The notes: generated by a model from the sequence alone, not told the origin. DNA of 64,000 bases from Eledone cirrhosa (GCA_964016885.1 OZ024742.1:72726001-72790000); one strand, 5' to 3'; positions 1 to 12,364 are shown, counted from the stretch's first letter. Translations and numbers: made by a program.

Positions 1-3000
1 GATCCTTCTTCCGAAATGATATCGGAAGAAACGGACCAGTTGTTGGCCAGAGAGAAAGGTGCCCGACCTCAGTCCTTTCAGACGCGTCCACCATACAACC
101 TCTTTCGCCATGGCTATTACGCACAGAAACACCGCCTCTGCTTCATCTTTGAAGGGGGGAGGCGGCTTGATCATTACAATAGACTCGGTGGTCAACCGGA
201 TCGGTTCCACCCTTGACAGCAGTTGTTCGACATAGCCCCACAGATCGGCTACGCCCGAGCAGTGTACCAATGCGTGTGCAACGGTTTCCTCGTCGCACAC
301 GCATCTGGGACAGATCTTTTTGGCGGGGTCCCTACCCGGGCGCCCGTGTCTGTAGAGCCTTTCTCGAACGGGTAAAGCCCCTCGGTAGCACTGCCAGGCC
401 AGGGACTTCTGGAAGTTGTCCATAGGTCCCGGGCTGAATGTCCTACCGAACAGGCTGGCCAGTTCGTCCTCCTCCATGTCTAGGGCTTCTCCGAGGGCGT
501 CGTCGCACCTGCTGCGCACCAGCCCTCTATAGAATGTTGCGGTGGAGTCTCCACTGATAACCGGATCCGCCTGCCAGAGGGCGGTGAGCGCCTGGGCACA
601 CTCAGTGTGCCAGGCGCCCAGTTTTCTCGGTCTTTGCTTGACCCAGGATTGCAGCTCGGTGAGTGAGACGAGTCTGGGAAAGGTTCGTCTCACAAACGAG
701 GCCCACACCGGTTGTCCGGTGAGGAATACGTAGAGGTGCCGTAGCCTTAATGCGTGTTTACGCATCATTAGCCACGGCATCCCCAGCCCTCCTTTCGAAG
801 GGTGTTGACAGCAGATGGATCTCCTCACCATAGGAGCCCGCCTCTTCCAAAGGAATTGGAAGAGCGCGCGCTCCATCTTGGTGAGGGTTTCCCTTGGGCA
901 GGGCACTACGGTCAGGCGGTAGTAGATGACGGACGCTATGTAGGTGTTCGCCACCTCCGCCCGACCTTTCAGGGATAGTTTGCAACTGGCCCACTTCTGG
1001 GTCAGTGCAAACACCCTGTTCGTAACCTCCGCCCAGTTTTTCTCCACCTGGAGGTCCGGTCCGAACCAGACCCCGAGCAACTTCACCGGGCCCTCCGTCC
1101 AGCGTCCGACGACGCTATCGGAGGGCATCGGTCTGCCCCTCCACGTGCCGAGTTGCAAACCGATCGACTTGTCCCGGTTCAGCTTAGCCCCTGTGAACTT
1201 TTCGTACTCCTCCAGTAAGGTGCCAACCGCCTCGATTTCGGAGGCCGTCGACACCATTACTGTCACGTCATCGGCGTAGGCCGACACCGCTTTCCGCAAT
1301 CCCGGTTCCATAGGGATGCCCTGCAACAACTCCAACTTCTGCAGTAGTGGCTCGAGAGTCAACACATACAGAAGGGAGGAGAGGGGGCACCCTTGTCGGA
1401 TGGACCGCGCGATTTTGAACGGCTCCGAGAGGTAGCCGTTCACCTTGACCCTAGAGCAGATGCGGCTGCTGTGCATAGCAGTGATCCAGCCCCTGAAAAC
1501 GGGTCCGAAACCTGCCGCCGCTAGCACCGCATCCAGGTAACCATGGTCGACCCTATCGAACGCCTTAGATTGATCCAAGTTGATCAGAGCCCCACCAAAG
1601 CCGGGTTCGTTCCCAACCCTCTCTATGATGTATCGCATGAGGTGGAGGTTGTCATGGATGGACCTGGACGGGATAGCGCATGTCTGCGCATCTCCCACCA
1701 GGTTGCCCACGACAAGCGCCAACCTCTTTGCTAGCACCTTGGCCAAAATCTGTAACTCTGTATTTAGCAGTGTTATGGGCCTGAAGTTACTTATTTCGTC
1801 CCCCTTGTTCTCGTCCTTCCTCACTAGCGTGACTACGCCCTTGGTCACAGTACAGGGAATTCTCCCGTTCTGTTGCCAGTTGCAGTAGACCGCCTCGAGG
1901 AGATCGGGGAACAAGTCCGGCATAGCTAGATATAATTCGTAAGGAAGACCATCGAGACCCGGGGATTTGCGTTTGCCGCATTGGCTCAGTACGTCCTCTA
2001 TCTCAGCGGCCGAAATCGGCTCCTCGCAGGACTTCGCCTCCCTGTCTGAGAGGCGCGGCAGGCCGTCGAGGTATGGACCGAAGTCCACGTTCCCAACCGG
2101 CTCCCCGCCCCTCCCGAACAGTCGGGCAAAGTGCCTTTGAAAGGCCTCACACATCTGCTTAGGCTCAAGAATCGCCCGTCCATCCAGGTCTCGCAAAGAC
2201 CGGATGGTGGATTTAGTTCCACTGTTGGCCTCTGTCACGCGGGCCCAGCTAACAGCTTTGGTCCCCTCGTTCCCTAGAGCACGTATTTTACTTCGGACAA
2301 CGCAGCCTTCGTGCTTCGCGTCGAAAAACTGGCTCAAAGCCGTTCTCGACGCTAGCACTCTGGCCACGTCGCCGCTTCTAATTGCCTCTTCTACTCTATC
2401 TATTAGCTCCCTTTCCTTCCTATTCCTATCCGCAGCTAGAACCTTACTAAATTCTATCGAGACTACTCTAATCTCTCTCTTTAGAGATACCCACCACCTG
2501 CTGTTGACGATCGCTCCAGTCAACCGTTCCTTAACTAACGTACTAATCCGATTCCTGTAGGCTCTACTTGCCGGCAAGGACAAGTTGAGCTTCCAGTAAC
2601 CGGGGCCCTGTCTATGAGTTCTGTCAAGGTTGACCATGCAGGTCACTAATTTGTGGTCTGAATAGCCAACAATGCGCATTTTTGGACAACTTAAAAAGTC
2701 CTTATCCTTAATTCTAACTAAGAACCTATCTAGGTACGACCTAGATGATCCGCTACGATTTGCCCAAGTCCAGGTTGGCGCAGTCGGAAAATCTAGTCGA
2801 TATCTATCGGCCAGGTCAAATCGACCGATTATCCCTTTGAGGCTATTACACCCCTCTCTATCGGGGCAGGCCCCTATGTAGTCCCAGCGTGCATCTAGGA
2901 TACCATTCCAGTCCCCCACTAATAGCAAGGAGCGGGACGTCCCTAGAAAAGTCTCCAGACGATGGAAGAAGTCCGGCCGCATTGACCCGAAAGGGCCGTA

Positions 3001-3333
3001 GGCGGCTACCAACCTAAACGCTCCGCCTTTACCACTGCCAAGGTCCAGAACCACTAGTCGACCCTCCGGGTCCAAATGTACCATCTGTGTTGCGAGACCC
3101 AGATGTTTTTGCAGCAGAACGACAACTCCACCCCCACCTCCGGGCTGACAGAGAGATGCGTGCATCTCAAAGTCATCAAAGGTGGGGGCCAGCTGTCGCA
3201 CGTTGCTGATCCGGGCCTCGCAAATAACCATCACATCTATACGTTGTGACCTGAGGTCATTTAGAAGCATTGCTTGCTTCCAAGTTGAGCCCAGGCCACG
3301 CGCATTTAAACAGCCTACTCTTAGCATAGCCAT
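1..3333 (-). CDS. Tx1/L1-clade LINE ORF2 (APE endonuclease + reverse transcriptase), runs off the left edge
   Basis: ATG at 3333 gives MAMLRVGCLNARGL (APE start). RT motifs LDQSKAFDRV, IRQGCPLS and SAYADDV follow; the TAC of YADD at 1276-1278 is in the same frame. The ORF track lists no stop-terminated piece in this frame, consistent with an ORF open to base 1. Confidence 0.9.
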   Translation of the reverse strand, partial: MAMLRVGCLNARGLGSTWKQAMLLNDLRSQRIDVMVICEARISNVRQLAPTFDDFEMHASLCQPGGGGGVVVLLQKHLGLATQMVHLDPEGRLVVLDLGSGKGGAFRLVAAYGPFGSMRPDFFHRLETFLGTSRSLLLVGDWNGILDARWDYIGACPDREGCNSLKGIIGRFDLADRYRLDFPTAPTWTWANRSGSSRSYLDRFLVRIKDKDFLSCPKMRIVGYSDHKLVTCMVNLDRTHRQGPGYWKLNLSLPASRAYRNRISTLVKERLTGAIVNSRWWVSLKREIRVVSIEFSKVLAADRNRKERELIDRVEEAIRSGDVARVLASRTALSQFFDAKHEGCVVRSKIRALGNEGTKAVSWARVTEANSGTKSTIRSLRDLDGRAILEPKQMCEAFQRHFARLFGRGGEPVGNVDFGPYLDGLPRLSDREAKSCEEPISAAEIEDVLSQCGKRKSPGLDGLPYELYLAMPDLFPDLLEAVYCNWQQNGRIPCTVTKGVVTLVRKDENKGDEISNFRPITLLNTELQILAKVLAKRLALVVGNLVGDAQTCAIPSRSIHDNLHLMRYIIERVGNEPGFGGALINLDQSKAFDRVDHGYLDAVLAAAGFGPVFRGWITAMHSSRICSRVKVNGYLSEPFKIARSIRQGCPLSSLLYVLTLEPLLQKLELLQGIPMEPGLRKAVSAYADDVTVMVSTASEIEAVGTLLEEYEKFTGAKLNRDKSIGLQLGTWRGRPMPSDSVVGRWTEGPVKLLGVWFGPDLQVEKNWAEVTNRVFALTQKWASCKLSLKGRAEVANTYIASVIYYRLTVVPCPRETLTKMERALFQFLWKRRAPMVRRSICCQHPSKGGLGMPWLMMRKHALRLRHLYVFLTGQPVWASFVRRTFPRLVSLTELQSWVKQRPRKLGAWHTECAQALTALWQADPVISGDSTATFYRGLVRSRCDDALGEALDMEEDELASLFGRTFSPGPMDNFQKSLAWQCYRGALPVRERLYRHGRPGRDPAKKICPRCVCDEETVAHALVHCSGVADLWGYVEQLLSRVEPIRLTTESIVMIKPPPPFKDEAEAVFLCVIAMAKEVVWWTRLKGLRSGTFLSGQQLVRFFRYHFGRRI

Positions 3334-3357
3334 GTTGGTGGTGAAGAGAAAAGGCAC

Positions 3358-4724
3358 TTACCTCTCTGCGTCCCGGGTATCGGGCTGCACAATTTCCATT
3401 AGGGTGGGGGATGGGTTGTTGGGTGGGGTGGTGGTTTGTGGAAGTGTGGGGGCATCAGTGTGTTGTGTGGTTGGGGAGCTTGGAGTTGTGAGGGTGTTTG
3501 GGGAGGGGGTGGGATAGTTTTTTAGGAGGACGCGGTTAATGGGCCCGACGCAGGGGGGACCCACGTCCTCTTTAAAATTGTTTTTTAAAGTTTTATAGGT
3601 GTCCTGTGGGGCCTTAATCATTTTGAGGTGGGGGAAATCCCCTGCCTGGGTGAAGTTAGGCCCTTGTGTTTTTATTAGATTGTTGTTGTACACAATGTTT
3701 AACAGTTTTTTGTTTCTTGTATTTATGTATGTGTATGCATGTTTTTGTTTTTGTGTGGTGTTTTTTGTTTGCTGTTGTGAGCTCTTTTGTGTTGGTGTCA
3801 GTGTTATGTTTTGGGGAGGGGTTTTTTTCATTTGTGTGTCTGAGGTGTGTTTTCTTTTTTTTCTTTTGATTGTGTGGAAGTGCTCCTCCTCGTCTGACGA
3901 CGAACTAGGGTCATCTTCCGCGTTGGAGGGGAGGGGTATATTTTCGGGTTGTGTTTGCGGTACGGGTGTTTTGGAAATTGTTTTTGTTTTTTGAGTGGAG
4001 GGGATGGGTTGGACATTGTTTTGTTTTGGTTTGAGCTGTGGTGGTTGTTTTTGTAGTGGTAGTTGTGGTGATTGTGTTGGTTGTGCAGTTGTTGGTGGTG
4101 TAGGCAGGATTGGGGTTTTCTTATTAAGTTGGGGACATACAGCCCTCAGGTGACCTCTGGTTCCGCAGAGGTAACACGAGGGCCGTCTACCCTCAACGGT
4201 AATGTTGATGAAGGTTAGATCATCCAGTATGACGCGTTCAGGGATCTGGGCGATCCTTTCGGGCCTCATTTGAACTACAAGTTCGAGGCTCGTTCCACTG
4301 AACGCGTCACCCGATGCCTTTCCCATGGACACCAGCATGTCATCCTCCAGGTCCAGAAAACCTGTCAAAACCCACCATATGTCCATAATCGGCAGGATGG
4401 TGTGGATTTTTATTTTTTGTGTTCTTCTACCCATGTACGTAGGGTAGAAGGTGTATGCGGTGGATGTGATTGGTTTGATGGACAGTTTCACTGCTGTGTC
4501 CCTGTCCTTCATGAGAATGGATAGACTCCCGTAGAGTCTATCATTCTGAATGAAGGTGATGTCCTTCATGACGTCTTTTAAAACCAGCTCTATCTCGCTC
4601 TGTGATGGTTGAGCTGGTTTTTTACTTTTGTTCGAGATTGTCCTAAACATGACCGTGTTTAGGAGTCTCTGGCTTTTTAGTTCCGGGGGGGAATGGATTG
4701 TGAATGAACCATTTTCCCCGTACA

Positions 4725-4725
<1 letters not shown>
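3358..4725 (-). CDS. Tx1/L1 LINE ORF1 (gag-like CCHC zinc knuckle, low-complexity P/T/Q/K region)
   Basis: 455-codon open frame with CYLCGTRGHLRAVC (CX2CX4HX4C), ending 24 nt upstream of ORF2. Its 5' end abuts (TA)n and starts at GTG, so it may be slightly truncated. Confidence 0.85.
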
Positions 4726-4755
<30 letters not shown>

Positions 4756-4756
4756 G

Positions 4757-4829
<73 letters not shown>

Positions 4830-4845
4830 AATATATATATAAATA
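4726..4845. repeat. (TA)n/(TAGA)n microsatellite
   Basis: Seen directly. Confidence 0.95.
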
Positions 4846-5737
4846 TCATCATCATCATCATCATCATCAACGTTTAACGTCCGTGTTCCACGCTTGCATG
4901 GGTTTGGACGGGGGTAGTCCCACTTGAGGCAAGAGTGATTGTCTTGCTCGCATAGGACTGTCTGGCAGGTTTTCTACAGTTGGATGCCCTTCCTAACACC
5001 AACCACATTTACAGTGTGGGTCTGGGAGGTTTTTACCGTGTTGCCTACACGGCCACATTACAGCGTGGACTGTGTGTTTTTTTTGTCGTGACACCTACAC
5101 GATCTCATTTGTTTCGGCCTGGATGGCGCGGCACCAACATAACTTTACATAGAACGGGGTGGTGTGGATGGGGTGGGGGTGGCGGCGGGAGGGGTGTATT
5201 TTGTTAGAGATGCCTACTGGCAAGGCGGGTCTTCTCTGTTACTGAGTACCGCCAAAGGTCACGGTCCAGTGACATTGTCTTGGAAAGGTGTAAGTGTGTG
5301 AGGTCGGAGTTTATCAGCTCATCCCATGTTTTTCTAGGTCTGCCTATTCCGTGGCTACCGTCTATCTTTATTGCCCTGCACTTTGTAATACAGCTATCGA
5401 CTTTCATGCGCATCACGTGTCCATACCAACGCAGCCTTCTCTCGAGTAAACAACATCTGATCCCTCTTATCTCTAATTTTTTCCTTAGTTCGTTTATGCT
5501 TTGCCGTTCACGTATATTACTGTTACACATCCAGCGGAGCATGCAAGCTTCGTTCCTCTCTAGTCTGCGTATATCCTCTGCACACAATGCCCAGGTCTCA
5601 CTACCATGCAACATTGCTGTTCGTATGCAGGCATCGTACAACCTGCCTTTCATTTTTAGGGAGAACCCTTTAGCAGCTAATAGTGGTATAAGCTCTCTGA
5701 ACTTTTTCCAACCAGTTCTGACTCTAGCTACAGTACT
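4846..5737 (-). mobile_element. RTE-clade LINE 3' fragment, copy 1
   Basis: ORF 5204-5653 has MLHGSETW, RRLRWYGHVMR and GRPRKTW. 3'UTR ends in a (GAT)n tail; the 5' end is truncated at (TA)n. Confidence 0.9.
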
Positions 5738-6101
<364 letters not shown>

Positions 6102-6677
6102 ATCATCATCATCATCATCAACGTTTAACGTCCGTGTTCCACGCTTGCATGGGTTTGGACAGGGGTAGTCCCACTTGAGGCAAGAGTGATTGTCTTGCTC
6201 GCATAGGACTGTCTGGCAGGTTTTCTACAGTTGGATGCCCTTCCTAACACCAACCACATTTACAGTGTGGGTCTGGGAGGTTTTTACCGTGTTGCCTACA
6301 CGGCCACATTACAGCGTGGACTGTGTGTTTTTTTGTCGTGACACCTACACGATCTCATTTGTTTCGGCCTGGATGGCGCGGCACCAACATAACTTTACAT
6401 AGGACGGGGTGGTGTGGATGGGTGGGGGTGGTGGCGGGACGGGGTGTATTTTGTTAGAGATGCCTACTGGCAAGGCGGGTCTTCTCTGTTACTGAGTACC
6501 GCCAAAGGTCTCGGTCCAGTGACATTGTCTTGGAGAGGTGTAAGTGTGTGAGATCGGAGTTTATCAGCTCGTCCCAGGTTTTTCTAGGTCTGCCTATTCC
6601 GTGGCTACCGTCTATCTTTATTGTCCTGCACTTTGTTATACAGCTATCGACTTTCATGCGCATCACGTGTCCATACC
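6102..6677 (-). mobile_element. RTE LINE 3' fragment, copy 2
   Basis: Near-identical to 4846-5428; WYGHVMR...GRPRKTW; (GAT)n tail. Confidence 0.9.
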
Positions 6678-6683
6678 AAATAT

Positions 6684-6716
<33 letters not shown>

Positions 6717-6733
6717 AATATATATATAAATAT

Positions 6734-6788
<55 letters not shown>

Positions 6789-6816
6789 AATATATATAAA
6801 TATATATATATATGAT

Positions 6817-7150
6817 GGAGGCACATGGCTTAGTGGTTAGAGCATTGGCCTTGCAATCGAAAGGTTGTGAGTTCAATTCTCAGACCAGGTGATGTGTTGT
6901 TTCCTTGAGCAAGACACTTTATTTCACATTGCTCCAGTTTACTCAGCTGTAGAAATGAGGTCCATATCATTCCACTGCAAAGTGGTCGTGGAGGTGCCAC
7001 GGCAAAAAAGCACCCAGCACTCACTGTAAATGAGGTTGGTGTTAGGAAGGGCATCAAGCTGTAGAAATCGAGCCAGAATCAGTTCCCGTCCCTTGCAAGC
7101 AGGGAAAGAGCGGACGTAAAATGAAATGAAATGAAAATGAATGAAATGAA
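6817..7150 (+). mobile_element. tRNA-derived CORE-type SINE (OR2-like) with RTE-related 3' tail
   Basis: A box TGGCTTAGTGG, B box GAGTTCAATTC, CORE-like CCTTGAGCAAGACACTTTATTTCAC...CAGCTGTAGAAATG, then an AGGAAGGGCATC module shared with the RTE 3'UTR and an (AATGA)n tail. Confidence 0.8.
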
Positions 7151-7179
7151 TATATAAATATATATATATATATATAAAT

Positions 7180-8680
7180 ATCATCATCATCATCAACGTT
7201 TAACGTCCGTGTTCCACGCTTGCATGGGTTTGGACGGGGGTAGTCCCACTTGAGGCAAGAGTGATTGTCTTGCTCGCATAGGACTGTCTGGCAGGTTTTC
7301 TACAGTTGGATGCCCTTCCTAACACCAACCACATTTACAGTGTGGGTCTGGGAGGTTTTTACCGTGTTGCCTACACGGCCACATTACAGCGTGGACTGTG
7401 TGTTTTTTTGTCGTGACACCTACACAATCTCATTTGTTTCGGCCTGGCATCATCAACGTTTAACGTCCGTGTTCCACGCTTGCATGGGTTTGGACGGGGG
7501 TAGTCCCACTTGAGGCAAGAGTGATTGTCTTGCTCGCATAGGACTGTCTGGCAGGTTTTCTACAGTTGGATGCCCTTCCTAACACCAACCACATTTACAG
7601 TGTGGGTCTGGGAGGTTTTTACCGTGTTGCCTACACGGCCACATTACAGCGTGGACTGTGTGTTTTTTTGTCGTGACACCTACACAATCTCATTTGTTTC
7701 GGCCTGGATGGCGCGGCACCAACGTAACTTTACATAGAACGGGGTGGTGTGGATGGGGTGGGGGTGGTGGTGGTGGGACGGGGTGTATTTTGTTAGAGAT
7801 GCCTACTGGCTGGAATAGGTTTTACTATATATTTAGGTAAGGCAGGTCTTCTCTGTTACTGAGTACCACCAAAGGTCCAGTGACATTGTCTTGGAGAGGT
7901 ATAAGTGTGTGATGTTGGAGTTTATCAGCTCGTCCCAGGTTTTTCTAGGTCTGCCTATTCCGTGACTACCGTCTATCTTTATTGCCCTACACTTTGTTAT
8001 ACAGCTATCGACTTTCATGCGCATCACGTGTCCATACCAACGCAGCCTTCTCTCGAGTAAACAACATCTGATCCCTCTTATCTCTAATTTTTTCCTTAGT
8101 TCGTTTATGCTTTGCCGTTCACGTATATTACTATTACACATCCAGCGGAGCATGCAAGCTTCGTTTCTCTCTAGTCTGCATATATCCTCTGCACGCAATG
8201 CCCAGGTCTCACTGCCATGCAACATTGCTGTTCGTATGCAGGCATCGTACAACCTGCCTTTCATTTTTAGGGAGAACCCTTTAGCGGCTAATAGTGGTAT
8301 AAGCTCTCTGAACTTTTTCCATCCAGTTCTGACTCTAGCTACTGTACTTTCAGAGCACCCTCCCCCACTGCTGATTTTGTCACCCAGGTAACGGAAGCTG
8401 TCCACTATTTCTATAGAACCCTCTGCGCAGTTGAAAGAGCTAGTATTTTGTGGGCACTTGCTGCTACTTATTGCACCAGAGCACCGGCCACATGTAAAAT
8501 CTACATTCTTAGTTAGCTTACCTGTGATCCCACATCTTTTATGCACCCATACTTTGCATTTGGGACACAAAATGGTGTTTCTACCTACGCCTTTCCTACA
8601 CACTGAGCATGGCCACTTCCCGGAAGGGACCGCCGCCTTATTTTCTTTCTTACAAACTAGAACTTTAGTCTTAGCCAGGT
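7180..8680 (-). mobile_element. RTE LINE 3' fragment (ORF 7833-8603 with PHD-like finger) plus 260-bp tandem duplication of its 3' end
   Basis: 7188-7447 is repeated at 7448-7707. ORF has C4HC3 finger, FRYLG, LHGSETW, GRPRKTW. Confidence 0.9.
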
Positions 8681-10501
8681 GAAATTTATTGAGAGTTCAT
8701 TCTTTAACATGTTTCTGTACAATAGCCATCTACATGCGCTGACTGCATAATAGATATATAACATTACTTTTTACATCCACTTTTCTATGCTTTATGAGGC
8801 TGACATGCTGACTACTGCACTAACAAAGCAGTTATATCATCATGCTTTAATATGCTATAAAAACCAGCAAATTGGTGGAATTGTGCTATTTGTTCCAATT
8901 CTTTATATTCTGAATACCCAGACAGGTGTGGTAAACAGTCTGTATCTAGTTAAGAAAATGGAGTCTTGTAAAAATTAACCAAAGGAAGCCAGTGAAAAAC
9001 TACCTTTGTATTGTTCCACAAAACATCCTTGACAAACATGTGCTTGTCATGAAAGTCATCTGAGGACATTTATCAACATGATGGCACAGAAAGAAAACTA
9101 CATGCATCACATGCATACAAGGGACATGAACAAAACCTAACTTTAAAAACAATTGCTCCAACATTCCACTTAGGTATCTTAGGAGAAATAAATTTAAAAT
9201 ATCAAATTTGTTTTTAATTAGCTATTTTGATACTAAACTATCTGTAAGTGATCGCATGAGATTAAGCTGCATGTTTTAAAGTGTTTATATTTATCTAAAA
9301 TCCTTCCATCATAATTTTATGTAAGAACCTTTAAGTTATGTTCCAAACAGTAATATAACTAACTTTCTCATTATTAAGCTAAATCCCACCAAATACTTTA
9401 TCAATATAATTTGATAATCATAGGCAATGTTTTTTTTCATTAGAAATATGGTATAAAAAAAAGGGGGATTAAAAATATCTTCTATGAAAGCAGGTAATTT
9501 GTTCAATTACTACTCTGGGTTTCTTATTTGTTCAGGATAGCAACTCAGAGTACTGACAGAATGAATTAGTGTTTTTGAATAAATAAATAATCTACCAGAT
9601 ATAGAGTATCATTTCTCCTGTTTGTACACACAAACATAAGTTTATAAAAAATCTAAGCTATTTGTGTGTGTGTATATGTAAGTTACTTTGTCTTCAGCAT
9701 ATATCAATCTATGCAAGTGAAATGTGGTTCATGGTTGCAAGTGATTTAAAAGGTCTCACTCAAAAACGACAATTTTGTGAGTAAGACATAGATGGATAGA
9801 TAGATGCATACATTTTGCAAAGTTTGCAACCAAATATTTCTTGCCAAAATTCAAGAATGCATCAACTGACAACTGCTAAGGAAATTGTCATGGAAGCTGT
9901 CAAAGAAAATTCTTAGATTCCAGCTGGACAAAGACAACTGCCAAATGTTTGACAGTCTACCAAAAGACAGACTAAATAAACAACATCAACTGTGATATGA
10001 AAGATATCATCATGAATGTTGTATGACATGATATAGTAGTGGTGGTGGTGACAGCAGCAGCAGTAGTAGTAGTGGTAGTGTTAATACAATAGTAGTAACG
10101 ATTTTAGTAGTAAATGTAGTAGCCACAATAGTAGTAGTAGCAGTAATTGTCATAGTAGAAGTAATTGCAATAGCTATAGTAGTGTTCTTAGCTAAGCCAA
10201 TCGGTATTATGTCAACAGGTTCAGAGATTATGAAGCTAAGTTCCTGATATTACACAAGTAGATCAGTGCAGTCAATAATGACAGCAATAGTTTGAACATA
10301 TTTAATTTTTGGAGTCTAGCATTCATATGTCATGTGTACCAGCATTACTGGATAGATGAACAATCATGCAAACTGGGAAATTTATGTTTTGATTAATTGT
10401 TTGCATAAGAGAAACCCTAGACTTCATATCAATTACTGACAAGTGGAAGTGATAAAAGATTAAAATATTTAAAACACTTGCAGCACCGCAGCTCCATTAT
10501 T

Positions 10502-10545
<44 letters not shown>

Positions 10546-10548
<3 letters not shown>

Positions 10549-11329
10549 CGGCGATGAATTAGTTTTGCGAGGTTTTAGTTCCCACTGGGGGGAACTAAAA
10601 GGACGAAAAAACGGGTCAGTACTGTACGAACATGCCAGACAACAACACAACGGTAACATAGAAAACATAGAAATTAGAATAATATCTAAACATAGAAATG
10701 ACCCAGCAGATAGACAAATCAGAGAGGCCAGTGAAATAGAACTTAGAAGGCCAAGGCTAAACAGAAAGAATGAATGGAATAACAACAACACCCAAACAAA
10801 CAACACTGACCTAAGAGAAGTATAAATAAATAAATAGATAAATAAATAAATAAATACATACACAAGCACAATAACAACAAACACATATAAACACACACTA
10901 GTAAAGATAGAATACATTAACCAATACACAGTCACCCTATCACGAACACACATCAAACAAAACACTATACACACACGCAAACGCATGCGCAAAGAAGACA
11001 AAATAAAATAAACAAATAAATAAATATATAAACAGACTAAATAAAGATGGCATAGAAAATACAATGTAACGGGAGGGAACAATAGCACCACTGACGATGT
11101 TGCAGATGTGCAACGAAAGAACTTTGATAAACTATATATATGTGTTTGTGTCTATATTGTATCTGTATTATTTTTGACCACTGGTCAGTCAATGGCAACA
11201 TTGAGGACCGAATAAATTAGATTACCGATATAAAAGACACAGAAGCGAAAAGCGAAAACCAACCAAACAGTGAGTGTGTTCTGTTATTAATTCTGGCAAT
11301 ATTACACAAATATGACCCTCCCCAAGTAT

Positions 11330-11335
<6 letters not shown>
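10546..11335 (+). mobile_element. Penelope-like element 3' fragment (GIY-YIG C-terminus + terminal repeat)
   Basis: SVLYEHARQQH...RQIREASEI...PRLNRKNEWN is homologous to the ORF at 48305-48574. Same terminus TGACCCTCCCAAGTATAACAAT; flanked by (TA)n. Confidence 0.8.
11086..11129 (+). ncRNA. Minimal type I hammerhead ribozyme motif
   Basis: CTGACGA-T-GTTGCA(GATG)TGCAAC-GAAA-GAACTT: perfect 6-bp stem II, minimal stem III, imperfect stem I. Confidence 0.7.
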
Positions 11336-11361
<26 letters not shown>

Positions 11362-11986
11362 CATTTCTAGACACACACACACACACGTGGAACAAATGGT
11401 GGTGGTCAGCTTTGGCAGGAAACAATATAGTTGACAAAATGGACAATGGCATTACTAGGGTTGGTGTCACCCAGTGCAGTAACTGCTAGTGACAAACCCC
11501 TTCCCTCCATAGATTTCCTTCCACAATAGACTACGCAGAATCCTCAGTAATGCTTTGAGGTGGTACCCATTGCAATCTGTACTTCCTGTCCACCCTATTA
11601 ATTGCCACTGAAAATGGAATATGCCTGTTGTGCAGAAAGAAGAATTCAAAGTTTTCCGGCAGGATCCTACATTAGAAGACTAAGGAGACAGCTCCATCTT
11701 AGAGCCTATGAATGCTTAGATGATAGCATTTTTGGTCTCCTGTCACAAGAAATAAAGGAGCATCTTAAATCCAGATGTGGATTTTTTTTTTACTTGTTTA
11801 CTAGTGCTGATACTACAATAAAATGCAACCAGTACACTCTGAAAAATGATAGTACTGGTGCCATGATAAAATGCACCCAGTACACTCTGTAAGGAGTTGG
11901 CATTAGGAAAAGCCAGCCACAGAAACCAAGCCAAATATGGAATGTAATCTATGCAAGCATGGAAAATGGGTGTTAAACAATGATTT

Positions 11987-12016
<30 letters not shown>

Positions 12017-12018
<2 letters not shown>

Positions 12019-12360
12019 ATCATCATCATCATCATTTTACGTCCACTTTTCCCTGTTTGCAAGGGTGGGACGGGAACTGACTGGCTTGATTTCTACAGCT
12101 GGATGCCCTTCCTAACACCAACCTCGTTTATATTGAGTGCTGAGTGCTTTTTTTTTACCGTGGTGCCTACATGTCCACTTTACAGTGTGGGCTGGGTGCT
12201 TTTTTTGCCGTGGCACCTCCACGACCACTTTGCAGTAGAATGATAGGGAACCCAGTCCTATCATCTCATTTCTACAGCTGAGTAAACTGGAGCACTGAGA
12301 ATTGAACTCACAACCTTTCGATTGCAAGGCCAATGCTCTAACCACTAAGCCATGTGCCTC
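12017..12360 (-). mobile_element. CORE-type tRNA SINE copy with internal deletion
   Basis: Reverse-complement homology to 6817-7150; part of the CORE segment is missing. Confidence 0.75.
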
Positions 12361-12364
12361 GATT

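Noticed and set aside
16-3994. Short plus-strand ORFs over the first 4 kb
   Set aside because: Antisense shadows of the GC-rich Tx1 ORFs
6817-6890. tRNA-like sequence
   Set aside because: No proper cloverleaf and continuous with the SINE body in four copies; it is a SINE head, not a tRNA gene
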